64,000 bases of DNA, from the NCBI GenBank assembly GCA_050014195.1, contig JBEKDT010000017.1, positions 1 to 64,000 of the forward strand, in the 5' to 3' direction. Under the pieces are notes generated by a model. That model saw nothing but the letters and a program-made list of their open reading frames with translations, made no database searches and was not told the origin of the DNA. This document shows positions 38,701-48,654 of this stretch, piece by piece. Each line of letters starts with the position of its first letter. The stretch's first letter is position 1. The position numbers were made by a program, and so were the translations under genes. The stretch is from Desulfomonilia bacterium. Lineage in GTDB: Bacteria; Desulfobacterota; Desulfomonilia; UBA1062.

Positions 38701-39770
38701 AACGGGGGAATATACCCGAGTTTGATGTAATGAGGGCTGTGGCCATACTGATCATACTCTTTCACCACCTTCCAGAGCACAGTGCTAATTTCTATAATCT
38801 ACATTCCTTTGGCCTGAATGACTTCTCTTATGTAAATGTTCTGAATAGATATTTTGCCCTTGGTATCTTTATATTCATTTCTGGTTTCGTATTGTCAAAA
38901 ACAAACAGAGGGTTAGAAACAAGCAAGGGGGTGAGGAACTTTATCGTAAAGAGATATATTAGGATTATTCCATTATATCTTATTGCATTTTTGATGTTTT
39001 TAAAAATATTCGGCAATCTCCTAGCCCCCATGACCCCTTTTTCTTTCATAGTACATATCCTCGGCCTACAAATACTCTTTGCTTCTAAATATTGTGAGCC
39101 GGTCTTTACTCTATGGTTTGTTGGTCTTATTATGGCATATTATTTCGTGTTTGTAGTACTTGAGAGATTTGGCAAACAAATGATATCCCTATTAACATTG
39201 TCCATTATCATTCCCCTAATCAGTATTCTATTGATCTATTACTTCGGTATTATAGATAAAAATTTTGTTTTGTATTTCGGGGTATTCATCGCCGGTATCA
39301 TCTGTGCCAAATATGATATTCTTGATAAGATCAAAACATACCATATAGGGCTGGGAGTGGTTGCTTTTCTGGTTTCAACATATACTTATTCTTTTTTCAT
39401 CTATCCTGCGATCACAGTTCAAGGTGCTAAACCAAGTTTGTTCTCTAATATAGGATTAGCTGCATTTCTCCTTACAAATATAATAATGCTGTCAACTGTT
39501 CTTATTGCATATAAATTGGCAAGGTGTATTGTTGGTACTGGGCATTATCATCTCCTGAAAATGATTTCATATGCTTCATATTCAATATTCTTGTTTCACA
39601 GACCGCTGTGGTGGCTTATGGCTTTAATATACACCCCAGAGAATAGTCTATTCCGGATTGCTTATATGATCCTGCTTGGTATTCCCATCATTATTGGGTG
39701 TTCCTATTATATTCAGAAGGGATATGATACGTATCCAGCAAAATATTTATCCAAACTCCTAATAAATTAG
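38697..39770 (+). CDS. Acyltransferase 3 family (OafA-like) membrane O-acyltransferase
   Basis: DVMRAVAILIILFHH, FIFISGF, KRYIRIIPLY and SYSIFLFH. Confidence 0.88.
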   Translation: MKRGNIPEFDVMRAVAILIILFHHLPEHSANFYNLHSFGLNDFSYVNVLNRYFALGIFIFISGFVLSKTNRGLETSKGVRNFIVKRYIRIIPLYLIAFLMFLKIFGNLLAPMTPFSFIVHILGLQILFASKYCEPVFTLWFVGLIMAYYFVFVVLERFGKQMISLLTLSIIIPLISILLIYYFGIIDKNFVLYFGVFIAGIICAKYDILDKIKTYHIGLGVVAFLVSTYTYSFFIYPAITVQGAKPSLFSNIGLAAFLLTNIIMLSTVLIAYKLARCIVGTGHYHLLKMISYASYSIFLFHRPLWWLMALIYTPENSLFRIAYMILLGIPIIIGCSYYIQKGYDTYPAKYLSKLLIN

Positions 39771-39828
39771 ACCGTATTCATAATCACAAAAATCAGTTAC
39801 AACGGCTATCGATAGTTTAAATAATATC

Positions 39829-41124
39829 ATGACAAACATTACAGCATCAGATCGAGACGAATATACTATTTGGTTTTATCTGTTAATATTGTACTTGGTG
39901 TTCGATTATGGAAGGATTCATGATACGTTACATCTCGGATTCGCAAGGCCCTTGCTGATACTTATTCTGATATTCATTGTAATGATCATACAGAGTGGCC
40001 GGTTGTTTGATCTAAAAAATAAACAGGTAAAGTTGCTATGGATGTTTATCCTGCTTACCGCCCTGTATGTCCCTTTTGCACGGAACAATTTTTTTGCATA
40101 CGAAACCACAAAAACCATGTTTCTCTACATGACGTTCGTAATCTCAACCATCATCTGCATAAACTCCATCGAACGCTTGAAGAAGATGATGTTTTTCTGT
40201 GTATTAATTATGGCATATATCTCGATCTATGCCATAACCCACAATGGGCATGGGCCCGGAAACTACTTTCTGGATGAGAACGATCTGTCCCTGTATATCA
40301 ACATATGGATCCCTTTTTGTTATTTCCTATTTTTTGCTGAACAGAACAAGACTAAAAAGATACTCTACGCCGCATCAATGGCCCTGGGCCTGATGGCCAT
40401 CGTAGTTTCATTCTCCCGGGGCGGATTTGTCGGGTTGATTGCAGCATCTCTTGCTATATGGCTATTTAGTTATCGGAAGTTTATATCAATGATCATCATA
40501 GCCTTGATGTTTCTCCTGGTTTCTCTTTTCAGCAGCCATTTGCCTTCGGATACATCATCTGTGCCAGTCAGTAGGCATCATGCCGGTCATACGTTTTGGG
40601 ATGAAATGGCGACAATATCTGATACTGGCGAGTCAACTAATAAAGAGAGAATTGAGTCCTGGAAATCTGCGTGGAACATGTTTCTGGCCCATCCACTTGG
40701 GGTTGGTGGTAACAACTTTCCTATGCGGTTTTCAGAGTACCAGACCAATTACTTCAAACGGGGCATGTGGGGACGGGAAGCCCATTCTTTATGGTTTACC
40801 CTGATTACGGAGCTTGGTATCGGGGGTATTATCATTTTTAGTTTGTTGCTCTATTACAATATCCGAGATATCTTCTTTTTGAAAAATATGGATTCTCAGG
40901 TGCAGAACCAGGACACAATCTATCTGAAACATGTCGGCCCCGCATTCATAGCCTCGCTGGCAGGGTTTTTTGCTTCAGCCACATTTCTCTCCGTGCTCTA
41001 CTACGCACATTACTGGTACATGACAGGGTTCATTGTCGCTGCAGCCAATATTGCCAAGCAGATGGAGGCAAACGAGGGAGGCTATTCGACACAATACAAA
41101 CCAATCTCGGGAATCGATCAATAA
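39829..41124 (+). CDS. O-antigen ligase/Wzy-like polymerase
   Basis: DENDL, SFSRGGFVGL, HPLGVG and AHSLW; multi-TM. Confidence 0.85.
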   Translation: MTNITASDRDEYTIWFYLLILYLVFDYGRIHDTLHLGFARPLLILILIFIVMIIQSGRLFDLKNKQVKLLWMFILLTALYVPFARNNFFAYETTKTMFLYMTFVISTIICINSIERLKKMMFFCVLIMAYISIYAITHNGHGPGNYFLDENDLSLYINIWIPFCYFLFFAEQNKTKKILYAASMALGLMAIVVSFSRGGFVGLIAASLAIWLFSYRKFISMIIIALMFLLVSLFSSHLPSDTSSVPVSRHHAGHTFWDEMATISDTGESTNKERIESWKSAWNMFLAHPLGVGGNNFPMRFSEYQTNYFKRGMWGREAHSLWFTLITELGIGGIIIFSLLLYYNIRDIFFLKNMDSQVQNQDTIYLKHVGPAFIASLAGFFASATFLSVLYYAHYWYMTGFIVAAANIAKQMEANEGGYSTQYKPISGIDQ

Positions 41125-42143
41125 TGAACATGTTGAAAAAACTTGTCTCTATTTACTTTAAGTATTACCCCAAAACGTTTATTTTCTGCTACCACAGGGT
41201 CATTCCCGAATCAATTGCACAGGCTCAGTTGGTACACAGGGCGCTCTTTGTTACACCGGAAACTTTCGAAAACCAAATAAAATGGATGTTGCAACACGGT
41301 AAGATCATAAGTCCTGATGAGTTGTATCAATATACATCCCGTATGCGATTTATCATTACATTTGATGATGGATGGAAGGATAATTATACCTATGCTGTAA
41401 AGATTATGAAAAAATATAATATTGCTTCTACTTTTTTTATCACCACCGGAAATATTGATGATCGTGAACTTTTCTGGTCAGAAAATATCGGATTCTTGAT
41501 AGCTGATGCTTTAAAAGCAAGCAGTCAAGAGCATGTAATAACAGTAATGAAGCACCTTATTCGTGATATTATCCATGAATATAATCTCCAGGGAAAATTA
41601 TATGTGAATGAGAAATCGAAGAATGTATATTATATTTTAGATAGATTCATTGAGCATGCCAAGTATTTATCTGCCAACGAAAGGAAAATGATGTGTCTTA
41701 CATTATGTAAAAATTTGAATATAAGTTACCATAATGAAGGAGAAATAAATTTACTCAGCTGGAATGAAATAGCATCAATGGCAGAAGAAGGCCATAAATT
41801 CGGATCGCACACACATACACATGAGTTATTAGATAGAGTTGATAACAGTATTATTGATTACGAATTAAAGCAGTCAAAATTCATATTAGAAAAAAAATTA
41901 GGGAAAGAGATTGATATGTTTTCTTATCCAAATGGAAATTACTTGAGAATATATATTCAAGAGAGTTTGAGGAGACATGGATTTAGGTACGCATTCACCT
42001 TGGGGGCTCAAGCCTTTCAATACAACGAAAGGTATCTAATACCCCGAGCTATACTGTTTGAAGACATATCTAGGTCTATGGATAGATATATTTTAAAATA
42101 TATGTTAATTAATAGAACCAAGTCAATATGGAGAAAGAACTGA
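41124..42143 (+). CDS. Polysaccharide deacetylase (NodB/CE4)
   Basis: YHRV, ITFDDGWKDNY, GSHTHTH and FSYPNG. Confidence 0.9.
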   Translation: MNMLKKLVSIYFKYYPKTFIFCYHRVIPESIAQAQLVHRALFVTPETFENQIKWMLQHGKIISPDELYQYTSRMRFIITFDDGWKDNYTYAVKIMKKYNIASTFFITTGNIDDRELFWSENIGFLIADALKASSQEHVITVMKHLIRDIIHEYNLQGKLYVNEKSKNVYYILDRFIEHAKYLSANERKMMCLTLCKNLNISYHNEGEINLLSWNEIASMAEEGHKFGSHTHTHELLDRVDNSIIDYELKQSKFILEKKLGKEIDMFSYPNGNYLRIYIQESLRRHGFRYAFTLGAQAFQYNERYLIPRAILFEDISRSMDRYILKYMLINRTKSIWRKN

Positions 42144-42305
42144 AAGATCAATTGTGTGTGGAATGATGCAAGAACAACAATATGTTGAAATAGTTAACCT
42201 TGAATCTCAAGTGTGATTAAAGGCCATGTTACAAAATTGGTAGAGTCTGGCACAATAATGCAATTCTTGTTTGTGTGTTTTTTGAAATTACAATGGGTTA
42301 AAATT

Positions 42306-42321
42306 TGGTATGCCTTCTGCA
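42306..42321 (+). promoter_or_regulatory. Candidate sigma-54 (-24/-12) promoter
   Basis: tGGtatgccttctGCa has GG-N10-GC spacing and lies about 37 bp before the ATG at 42358. Confidence 0.5.
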
Positions 42322-42357
42322 AGTAAGCTTAAATATCTTCAGAATGGAGGATAAGAG

Positions 42358-44166
42358 ATGACATTAACTATTAAATATAGCTCAGTAGTATTGTTTTTAG
42401 CTTTATTTTTTTCAACTGTCCAAGCAGCGAACCTCTATGTAGATCGTGGAGGCCATCAAGCTACTTGGGATGGCACGAATGGGCACACCTATACATGCTC
42501 TCAGGGGACAGGAAAAGGTTACTCCACAATCCATGCAGCGGTTACAGCTATGGCTAGTGGCGATGATGTTTATATCCGAGGAGGGACTTACAATGAAAAC
42601 GAAATATATCTCGGAAGTAGCGTTAGTGGGACATCGGGAAAATATTCTTCAATTCAGTCCTATCCAGGTGAATGGGCTATAATAGACGCTCAATACGCAG
42701 GTACGGGGAATAATCGTTCTGTGATTTGGTATGCTCAACCTGTATCTTATATCAAGTTTGAGCGTCTTGAGATTACAGGTGGTGGTGAGGCTGTACCTAC
42801 TACTACGAACTTATATGGGGCGGGGATCATGTTATATGGGGCCTCTCATATAACCATGCGCTATCTGTATATACATGACAATTATGCAATGACGAACGTA
42901 GGCGCATCAGCCGGCATTCACCTGGCAAACGGCGGCGGTAATGGCGGCGGTTCCAACATAATCATAGAGTATTGTTACTTGAAAGGTAATGGCAATCCTC
43001 TCCCGCCGGGAAATGCGAATGCCAATAGAAATACAGCTAATGCCCAGATTGCTATTTATTCTGACTATATATATGGTACAGCACCAGTAAACTTAACCAC
43101 TTGTACACATAATAATATAATCAGATATAATCTTCTGGACGGATCTGCTGCCACTGGGGGTAATGCCTTTATAGGCTTTATGCACAAGGCATCACAAAGG
43201 CTGACTGGGTGGACTTATGGAGAAACCGGGAACGCAGCAGACTATACCCCTAATGATACCACTGGTCGCCCATATGGGGACGACATCGAACACAATATAA
43301 TAATAAATTCCCCAGAGGGTATGCGGCTCCAGCAAGATTATGTCCAAGCACATCATAACATAATGGACCTTACCATTGGAACCGATCTCCCTGGTCCCGC
43401 AGTAGAAACCAGAGACTTTTCCTCCGATGCTAGAGGACTAGATCAGGGTGTGCTGTATAACAATACGATCCTAGCCGGTGGTCAATACGGTTTTTCTATC
43501 TTGGTTCCTGCCTATCACTGGGACTGCAATACCAATGGAACATCTGTTCTTTATGATTATACAACAGTCCTTAATAATATAATTGGCAACACGGCATCGA
43601 CTGCAGTTAATGGAGTAAACGCGCTAGTTCTCGGTTCTGGGGAATATAACAATAACTGCACTGGGACTCAGCCCATTACCCGTGCTTCAAATCCAAGTCC
43701 TGTATCATCGACGGCGTGGCGCCAGAATTTCAGCCGGAACCTCTTTTATAATTGCGCGAATCCGGCTTTTTCTATAGGACAAACATCCTATCCACCATCC
43801 CAGCTTGTATCTTTGGGTGTGGCGGATTATGTGTGGGCTTCAAGCTCTTCGCCTTTCGTCGGAAGTTCGAGAATGAACAAATACATAACCATGGGCAGCT
43901 ATGCCCTTGATGGGAGCCATACGATAGCCAATGGGGGTCTTGGCGGGAGTCATCCGTATCTTTCAGGCGTGACATTACCATCCTATGTGGGGGCCGTAAA
44001 TCCAAATGACAACTCATGGGTAGCGGGGGTACTTGGCCTCAATGCAACCTATTTTATAAGTGCCGTAGGTGGAAGCGTTCCGGCATGGATTGAGGGCGGT
44101 GGAGGTTCAGTACCATCAACTCCTCCAACAACACCAACAGGCCTCAGTATAAAAATTATCGAGTAA
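42358..44166 (+). CDS. Secreted right-handed parallel beta-helix protein (polysaccharide lyase-like) with Pro-rich C-terminal tail
   Basis: Signal peptide ending VQA; GDDVYIRGGTYNE, IQSYPGEWAIIDA and repeated NIIxYN/HN turns; tail GGGGSVPSTPPTTPTGLSIKIIE. Confidence 0.75.
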   Translation: MTLTIKYSSVVLFLALFFSTVQAANLYVDRGGHQATWDGTNGHTYTCSQGTGKGYSTIHAAVTAMASGDDVYIRGGTYNENEIYLGSSVSGTSGKYSSIQSYPGEWAIIDAQYAGTGNNRSVIWYAQPVSYIKFERLEITGGGEAVPTTTNLYGAGIMLYGASHITMRYLYIHDNYAMTNVGASAGIHLANGGGNGGGSNIIIEYCYLKGNGNPLPPGNANANRNTANAQIAIYSDYIYGTAPVNLTTCTHNNIIRYNLLDGSAATGGNAFIGFMHKASQRLTGWTYGETGNAADYTPNDTTGRPYGDDIEHNIIINSPEGMRLQQDYVQAHHNIMDLTIGTDLPGPAVETRDFSSDARGLDQGVLYNNTILAGGQYGFSILVPAYHWDCNTNGTSVLYDYTTVLNNIIGNTASTAVNGVNALVLGSGEYNNNCTGTQPITRASNPSPVSSTAWRQNFSRNLFYNCANPAFSIGQTSYPPSQLVSLGVADYVWASSSSPFVGSSRMNKYITMGSYALDGSHTIANGGLGGSHPYLSGVTLPSYVGAVNPNDNSWVAGVLGLNATYFISAVGGSVPAWIEGGGGSVPSTPPTTPTGLSIKIIE

Positions 44167-44192
44167 ATCACAAGAAAATTTAAAGAACTCCC

Positions 44193-44508
44193 ATGACTGA
44201 ATGGTCACAACGAGGGATGAAAATTAGGGATTGAAGGTCATGGATCATCCCTCCAATATGAAGTCAACAGTCATTCATAAAGGAGGGAATCCATGACCAA
44301 GCGGAAAGATAGTACGGTAATTGAGGGAATTCATCCTGCGTGTTGTGGGCTTGATGTTCACAAGGAAAGCGTTTCTGCCTGCCTGCTGTATCCCGGAAGA
44401 AAAAGTGTTCAGGAAAGTGAGCTTCGATTGTTCGGAACGTATCTCGATGATATGTATGAGGTGCATTTGGCTACATTCCATCTTTTTCATTCAGTGAAGC
44501 AAAGATGA
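44193..44508 (+). mobile_element. IS110-family remnant: structured left non-coding end plus N-terminal transposase fragment
   Basis: CCGLDVHKESVSAC (first DEDD Asp) in a truncated ORF at 44293-44508; nested inverted repeats at 44193-44274. Confidence 0.75.
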
Positions 44509-44816
44509 TCATAGTACACTGGGTCAGTGATTATAATACCGACCCTCCTAACCAGGAGTGCAGCGATTACTCCCTGGCCAGCCAAAAGGGAAGATTAATC
44601 GCATTATTGGTATTAATCCCAGGAAAGTTATTACAATATCTTGAAATGTATTCGAGGTAATATTTGAAAAGCCTCCTGAGAAGTCCTAGAAACAATTGGT
44701 ATATACATGCATCGCTAATTGCTCGACAAGGTATTCAGAGAATTCTCCCATGGTCGGGTATTTCTTGATCTCGTTGAGAAAATCTAAAATTATCTAATGA
44801 AAGGGATCATTGTGTA

Positions 44817-45956
44817 ATGAAGAAAGTCATGATTGTTTTTGGCACAAGACCGGAAGCAATAAAACTTTGCCCCTTGGTGATAGCTCTGAAAAGAATTAAT
44901 GAGAATTTCAAAGTGATAACGTGTGTAACGGCCCAGCATAGAGAGATGCTTGACCAAGTCCTTGGTCTCTTTCATATAAGCCCCGAGTTTGACCTCAACC
45001 TCATGAAGAGCAATCAGACTCTGTTCCAGATCACAGTGAGCGTTCTCACCCAACTCCATGAGATTCTTAGCAGGGAGCCTATAGACATGATGATTGTGCA
45101 GGGCGACACTACGACCACGTTTGCCGCAGCGCTCTGTGCATACTACCACAAGATATCCATCGGCCATGTAGAAGCTGGCCTCCGTACATGGAATAAGTAT
45201 TCCCCATACCCAGAAGAGATGAACAGAAAACTCACGACCGGGCTTGCAGATCTTCACTTTGCACCAACGAAAAATAATAGTGAGAATCTTCTTGCCGAAG
45301 GGGTCCCGGAGGAAAGGATTATTGTCACCGGCAATACGGTCATTGACGCGCTTCTCTGGGTTAGGGAGAAGATACGCAACGAAAGGAAGGAATTCCAGGA
45401 ACTGAATGGAATTGACTTCACGAAGCGAATTGTACTTGTGACAGGCCACAGGAGAGAGAGCTTCGGACAGGGTATTGTTAATATCTGCAATGCCCTTAAG
45501 GACATTGCTTTTAGAAACCAAGATATCGAAATAGTATACCCGGTTCACCTAAATCCAAATGTATGGGAGCCAGTGAATTCCATTCTATCCGGTATTGGTA
45601 ATATAAAGCTGATTGAGCCGTTGGACTATGAGCCTTTTGTTCTTCTCATGGATAAGTCATATCTAATCATTTCGGATTCCGGTGGCATACAGGAGGAGGC
45701 ACCATCACTAGGAAAGCCAGTGTTGGTGACACGCGACAAGACTGAACGTCCAGAGGCTCTAGCTACAGGGGCTGTCAAACTTATAGGCACGTCCAGGGAA
45801 AGGATCGTTACACAGGCACAGCAGCTCCTCGACGATCCTGAGACATATAAGCGTATGTCTATTATTCAAAATCCATATGGTGATGGCTATGCATGTGAGA
45901 GGATCATTGGAGCTATAAGCAACTATTTCTCGTTGCATAACGAATCATTATTATAG
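44817..45956 (+). CDS. wecB: UDP-N-acetylglucosamine 2-epimerase (non-hydrolysing)
   Basis: FGTRPEAIK, QGDTTT, HVEAGLRT, HRRESFG and DSGGIQEEAP. Confidence 0.96.
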   Translation: MKKVMIVFGTRPEAIKLCPLVIALKRINENFKVITCVTAQHREMLDQVLGLFHISPEFDLNLMKSNQTLFQITVSVLTQLHEILSREPIDMMIVQGDTTTTFAAALCAYYHKISIGHVEAGLRTWNKYSPYPEEMNRKLTTGLADLHFAPTKNNSENLLAEGVPEERIIVTGNTVIDALLWVREKIRNERKEFQELNGIDFTKRIVLVTGHRRESFGQGIVNICNALKDIAFRNQDIEIVYPVHLNPNVWEPVNSILSGIGNIKLIEPLDYEPFVLLMDKSYLIISDSGGIQEEAPSLGKPVLVTRDKTERPEALATGAVKLIGTSRERIVTQAQQLLDDPETYKRMSIIQNPYGDGYACERIIGAISNYFSLHNESLL

Positions 45957-45959
45957 CAA

Positions 45960-47066
45960 ATGAATGTACTCCATATAATATCGGGAGACCTATGGGCAGG
46001 GGCTGAGGTTCAAGCAAATTCACTTGTTCTTTCATTAGCAAAGATTGAGAATTTTAACTTGCATGTTATTACCTTTAATAAGGGTATACTTGCTTTAAAA
46101 CTGCATAGAGAAGGCATACCAGTTACCATTTTTGATGAGAATAAGCATTCAATGATCGCCTTGATTTTAGGATGTTTACAGGTAATGAAGACCTTTCAAC
46201 CTGATATTGTACATGTTCATGGATTCAAGGAGAATCTCTTGGGAGGAATTGCTGCTAGGCTTGTTCAAGACAGGGTTATGATACGAACCCATCATGGTAA
46301 GGGTATGATCGGTTCCACGCAAAAATATAACATGATTGAGCGCTTCAATGCTAACTTTCTAACAAATAAAATTATTGCAGTTTCTCATGATCTCAAGAGG
46401 TTCCTGCAGGAGCACGGGCTTCCTGCTCCAAAGATCACGGTTATACATAATGGTATAGAAGTGCATACCTCTGTCAATGATAAGATAATTAAGAAACTAT
46501 GTGTGGAGTTGGGAATACCTGATGATATGAAGATTATAGGCACTGTGGGGAGACTTGTCCCCATAAAAGATCATAAGACTTTTCTGTTTGGCGCAAAATT
46601 GATTTTGGAGAGCGAACCCAATGTAAGATTTGTGATTGTTGGTGATGGACCTCTGATGGCTGAGCTTAAAAAACAGTCCTATGAACTCGATATAGCGACA
46701 CATGTATGTTTCACAGGATTCAGGGAAGATACGGATATCCTACTAAACATGTTTGATGTGTTCTGCCTTACATCAATTCATGAAGGAATTCCCATGGCTC
46801 TACTCGAGGCCATGAGCCTTGGAAAACCCATTGTGGCCACACGTGTCGGTGGAATAAGTGAAGTGATTGATGATAATGGCAGTGGATTGCTGATTGACTC
46901 TGAAAATCCCCAATCTTTCGCTGATGCATGCATCAAAGTCCTGCGAGATAAAAACCTTAGGGCATCCCTTTCCGAACGAGCCGTTTCAGTGGTGAAGGAA
47001 AAATTTACCTTGGATGTTACTGTAAGGTTAACTCAAGATCTATACCGGAGGGTTGTACAATCATGA
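45960..47066 (+). CDS. Family 4 glycosyltransferase
   Basis: SGDLWAGAE, IHNGI, VGRLVPIK and EGIPMALLEAM. Confidence 0.93.
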   Translation: MNVLHIISGDLWAGAEVQANSLVLSLAKIENFNLHVITFNKGILALKLHREGIPVTIFDENKHSMIALILGCLQVMKTFQPDIVHVHGFKENLLGGIAARLVQDRVMIRTHHGKGMIGSTQKYNMIERFNANFLTNKIIAVSHDLKRFLQEHGLPAPKITVIHNGIEVHTSVNDKIIKKLCVELGIPDDMKIIGTVGRLVPIKDHKTFLFGAKLILESEPNVRFVIVGDGPLMAELKKQSYELDIATHVCFTGFREDTDILLNMFDVFCLTSIHEGIPMALLEAMSLGKPIVATRVGGISEVIDDNGSGLLIDSENPQSFADACIKVLRDKNLRASLSERAVSVVKEKFTLDVTVRLTQDLYRRVVQS

Positions 47067-48259
47067 ACATCCTCTATATCTGGGATGCAGATTACCCTTG
47101 GGATGTCCGGGTGGAGAAGATCTGTTCAACCTTGGCTAGTCATGGTCATAAAGTTCATATTGCTGCAAGGAACCTTAAAAGACTCCCGGAATATGAGATC
47201 AGTTCTGATCTGATGATCCATCGACTCAAAGCATGGCAAAATGCGAGAATGAATTATTTACTCTCGTTCCCTGCTTTTTTTAACCCAGTCTGGAGCCATT
47301 TCCTTGACAGGATCATCGGAGACAATGGTATTGATATTATCATCGTCCGCGACCTCCCCATGGCCATCGCAGGAATTTGGGCAGGAAAGCGCCACAACAT
47401 TCCTGTTATCTTTGATATGGCAGAAGATTATGTTGCCATGGTATGGGATATCTGGAGAGCAAGGAAGTTTCAAGCGCTGAACTTTCTGGTAAGGAACCCC
47501 TATCTTGCAAAGCTCGTTGAAAATTACGTCTTCAAGAAGTCTGATCAAATTCTTGTTGTTGTAGAGGAGGCAAGAGACCTTGTCATTGCAAGAGGCGTGA
47601 TGCCTGAAAAGGTGACAATAGTTGGCAACACTCCTGTCTTGGATGATTTCATTCAGGCCGATGTTGTTTCAAATGAAATTATTGATCAGATACGAAGCAG
47701 GCACTCTGTCATTTATACCGGAGGCATCCAAATGGGCAGGGGAATACAGGTGGTCTTCGATGCCATACCCGAGATTGTAAAGGAGATAGCCGATTTCCTT
47801 TTTGTGATTGTGGGAGATGGATATGCAACACCAATACTTAAAGAGATGATGAGGGAAAAAAAAGTTCAGGACCATGTACTTTGGGTTGGCTGGGTTGACC
47901 ATAAGTTTATTTTTGATTACATCAGAGCCTGCAAGGCAGGTATAATTCCTCATTTTACATCTGATCATGTGCACACAACAATCCCGAACAAAATATTTGA
48001 CTACATGGGATTAGGTTTACCGGTGGTTTCCTCTGATGCTGTACCTATGAAGAGGATTCTGGAACAGGAGATATGCGGTGTTACTTTTAAGAGTGGTGAC
48101 CCAATAGAATTAGGAAGAGCTATCGTAAGTACATATATGTCTGATGTTAACTATGGGATGAATGGAATCAGTGCAGTAAAAGAAAAATATAATTGGGCGG
48201 AAGATAAAGATAGATTACTTAAGGTTATATCAAGCATAAAAAAGAAGAAGTTCAATTGA
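47063..48259 (+). CDS. Family 4 glycosyltransferase
   Basis: YPWDVRVEK, YTGGIQMGRG and PNKIFDYM. Confidence 0.9.
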   Translation: MNILYIWDADYPWDVRVEKICSTLASHGHKVHIAARNLKRLPEYEISSDLMIHRLKAWQNARMNYLLSFPAFFNPVWSHFLDRIIGDNGIDIIIVRDLPMAIAGIWAGKRHNIPVIFDMAEDYVAMVWDIWRARKFQALNFLVRNPYLAKLVENYVFKKSDQILVVVEEARDLVIARGVMPEKVTIVGNTPVLDDFIQADVVSNEIIDQIRSRHSVIYTGGIQMGRGIQVVFDAIPEIVKEIADFLFVIVGDGYATPILKEMMREKKVQDHVLWVGWVDHKFIFDYIRACKAGIIPHFTSDHVHTTIPNKIFDYMGLGLPVVSSDAVPMKRILEQEICGVTFKSGDPIELGRAIVSTYMSDVNYGMNGISAVKEKYNWAEDKDRLLKVISSIKKKKFN

Positions 48260-48339
48260 TAAAATCATGACATCAATAAGACGAGGTTTCTATTGTTGAT
48301 ATTCAAGTTACTTTATTATCATGAAACAAATGAGGATTT

Positions 48340-48529
48340 GAAACCTTTGCACAACCCGGATAATTTGAGGTTTTTAAAAAATAATGCCATAAAGACTGTC
48401 AGAGAACAGTATTCAATTGATACAACCATTAGTAAACTCATCTCACTGTATGGTGACTGAATATTGGCTTATCCAGATATACAGTATGACTATGTTGATA
48501 CCATTCCGATATTATTACGCAAAGGCCTT
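48340..48529. mobile_element. TIR-bounded element enclosing a GT4 C-terminal fragment
   Basis: gaaacctttgcacaa ... ttacgcaaaggcctt; interior reads NAIKTVREQYSIDTTISKLISLYGD* (to 48460). Confidence 0.5.
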
Positions 48530-48654
48530 ATGTGACATTAAGCCGAATGATGGACTGGAAAGGGTCGTTAAGCGAATGAAATGATCAAGATTCAGAAATG
48601 GGAATTCGAAGTACAAAAGATTCTCGCTAATTGACCGGGAAAGTCGAAGAACCA

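Noticed and set aside
42248-42262. tggcacaataatgca as a sigma-54 promoter
   Set aside because: GG to GC spacing is 9, not 10; the site at 42306 has the correct spacing.
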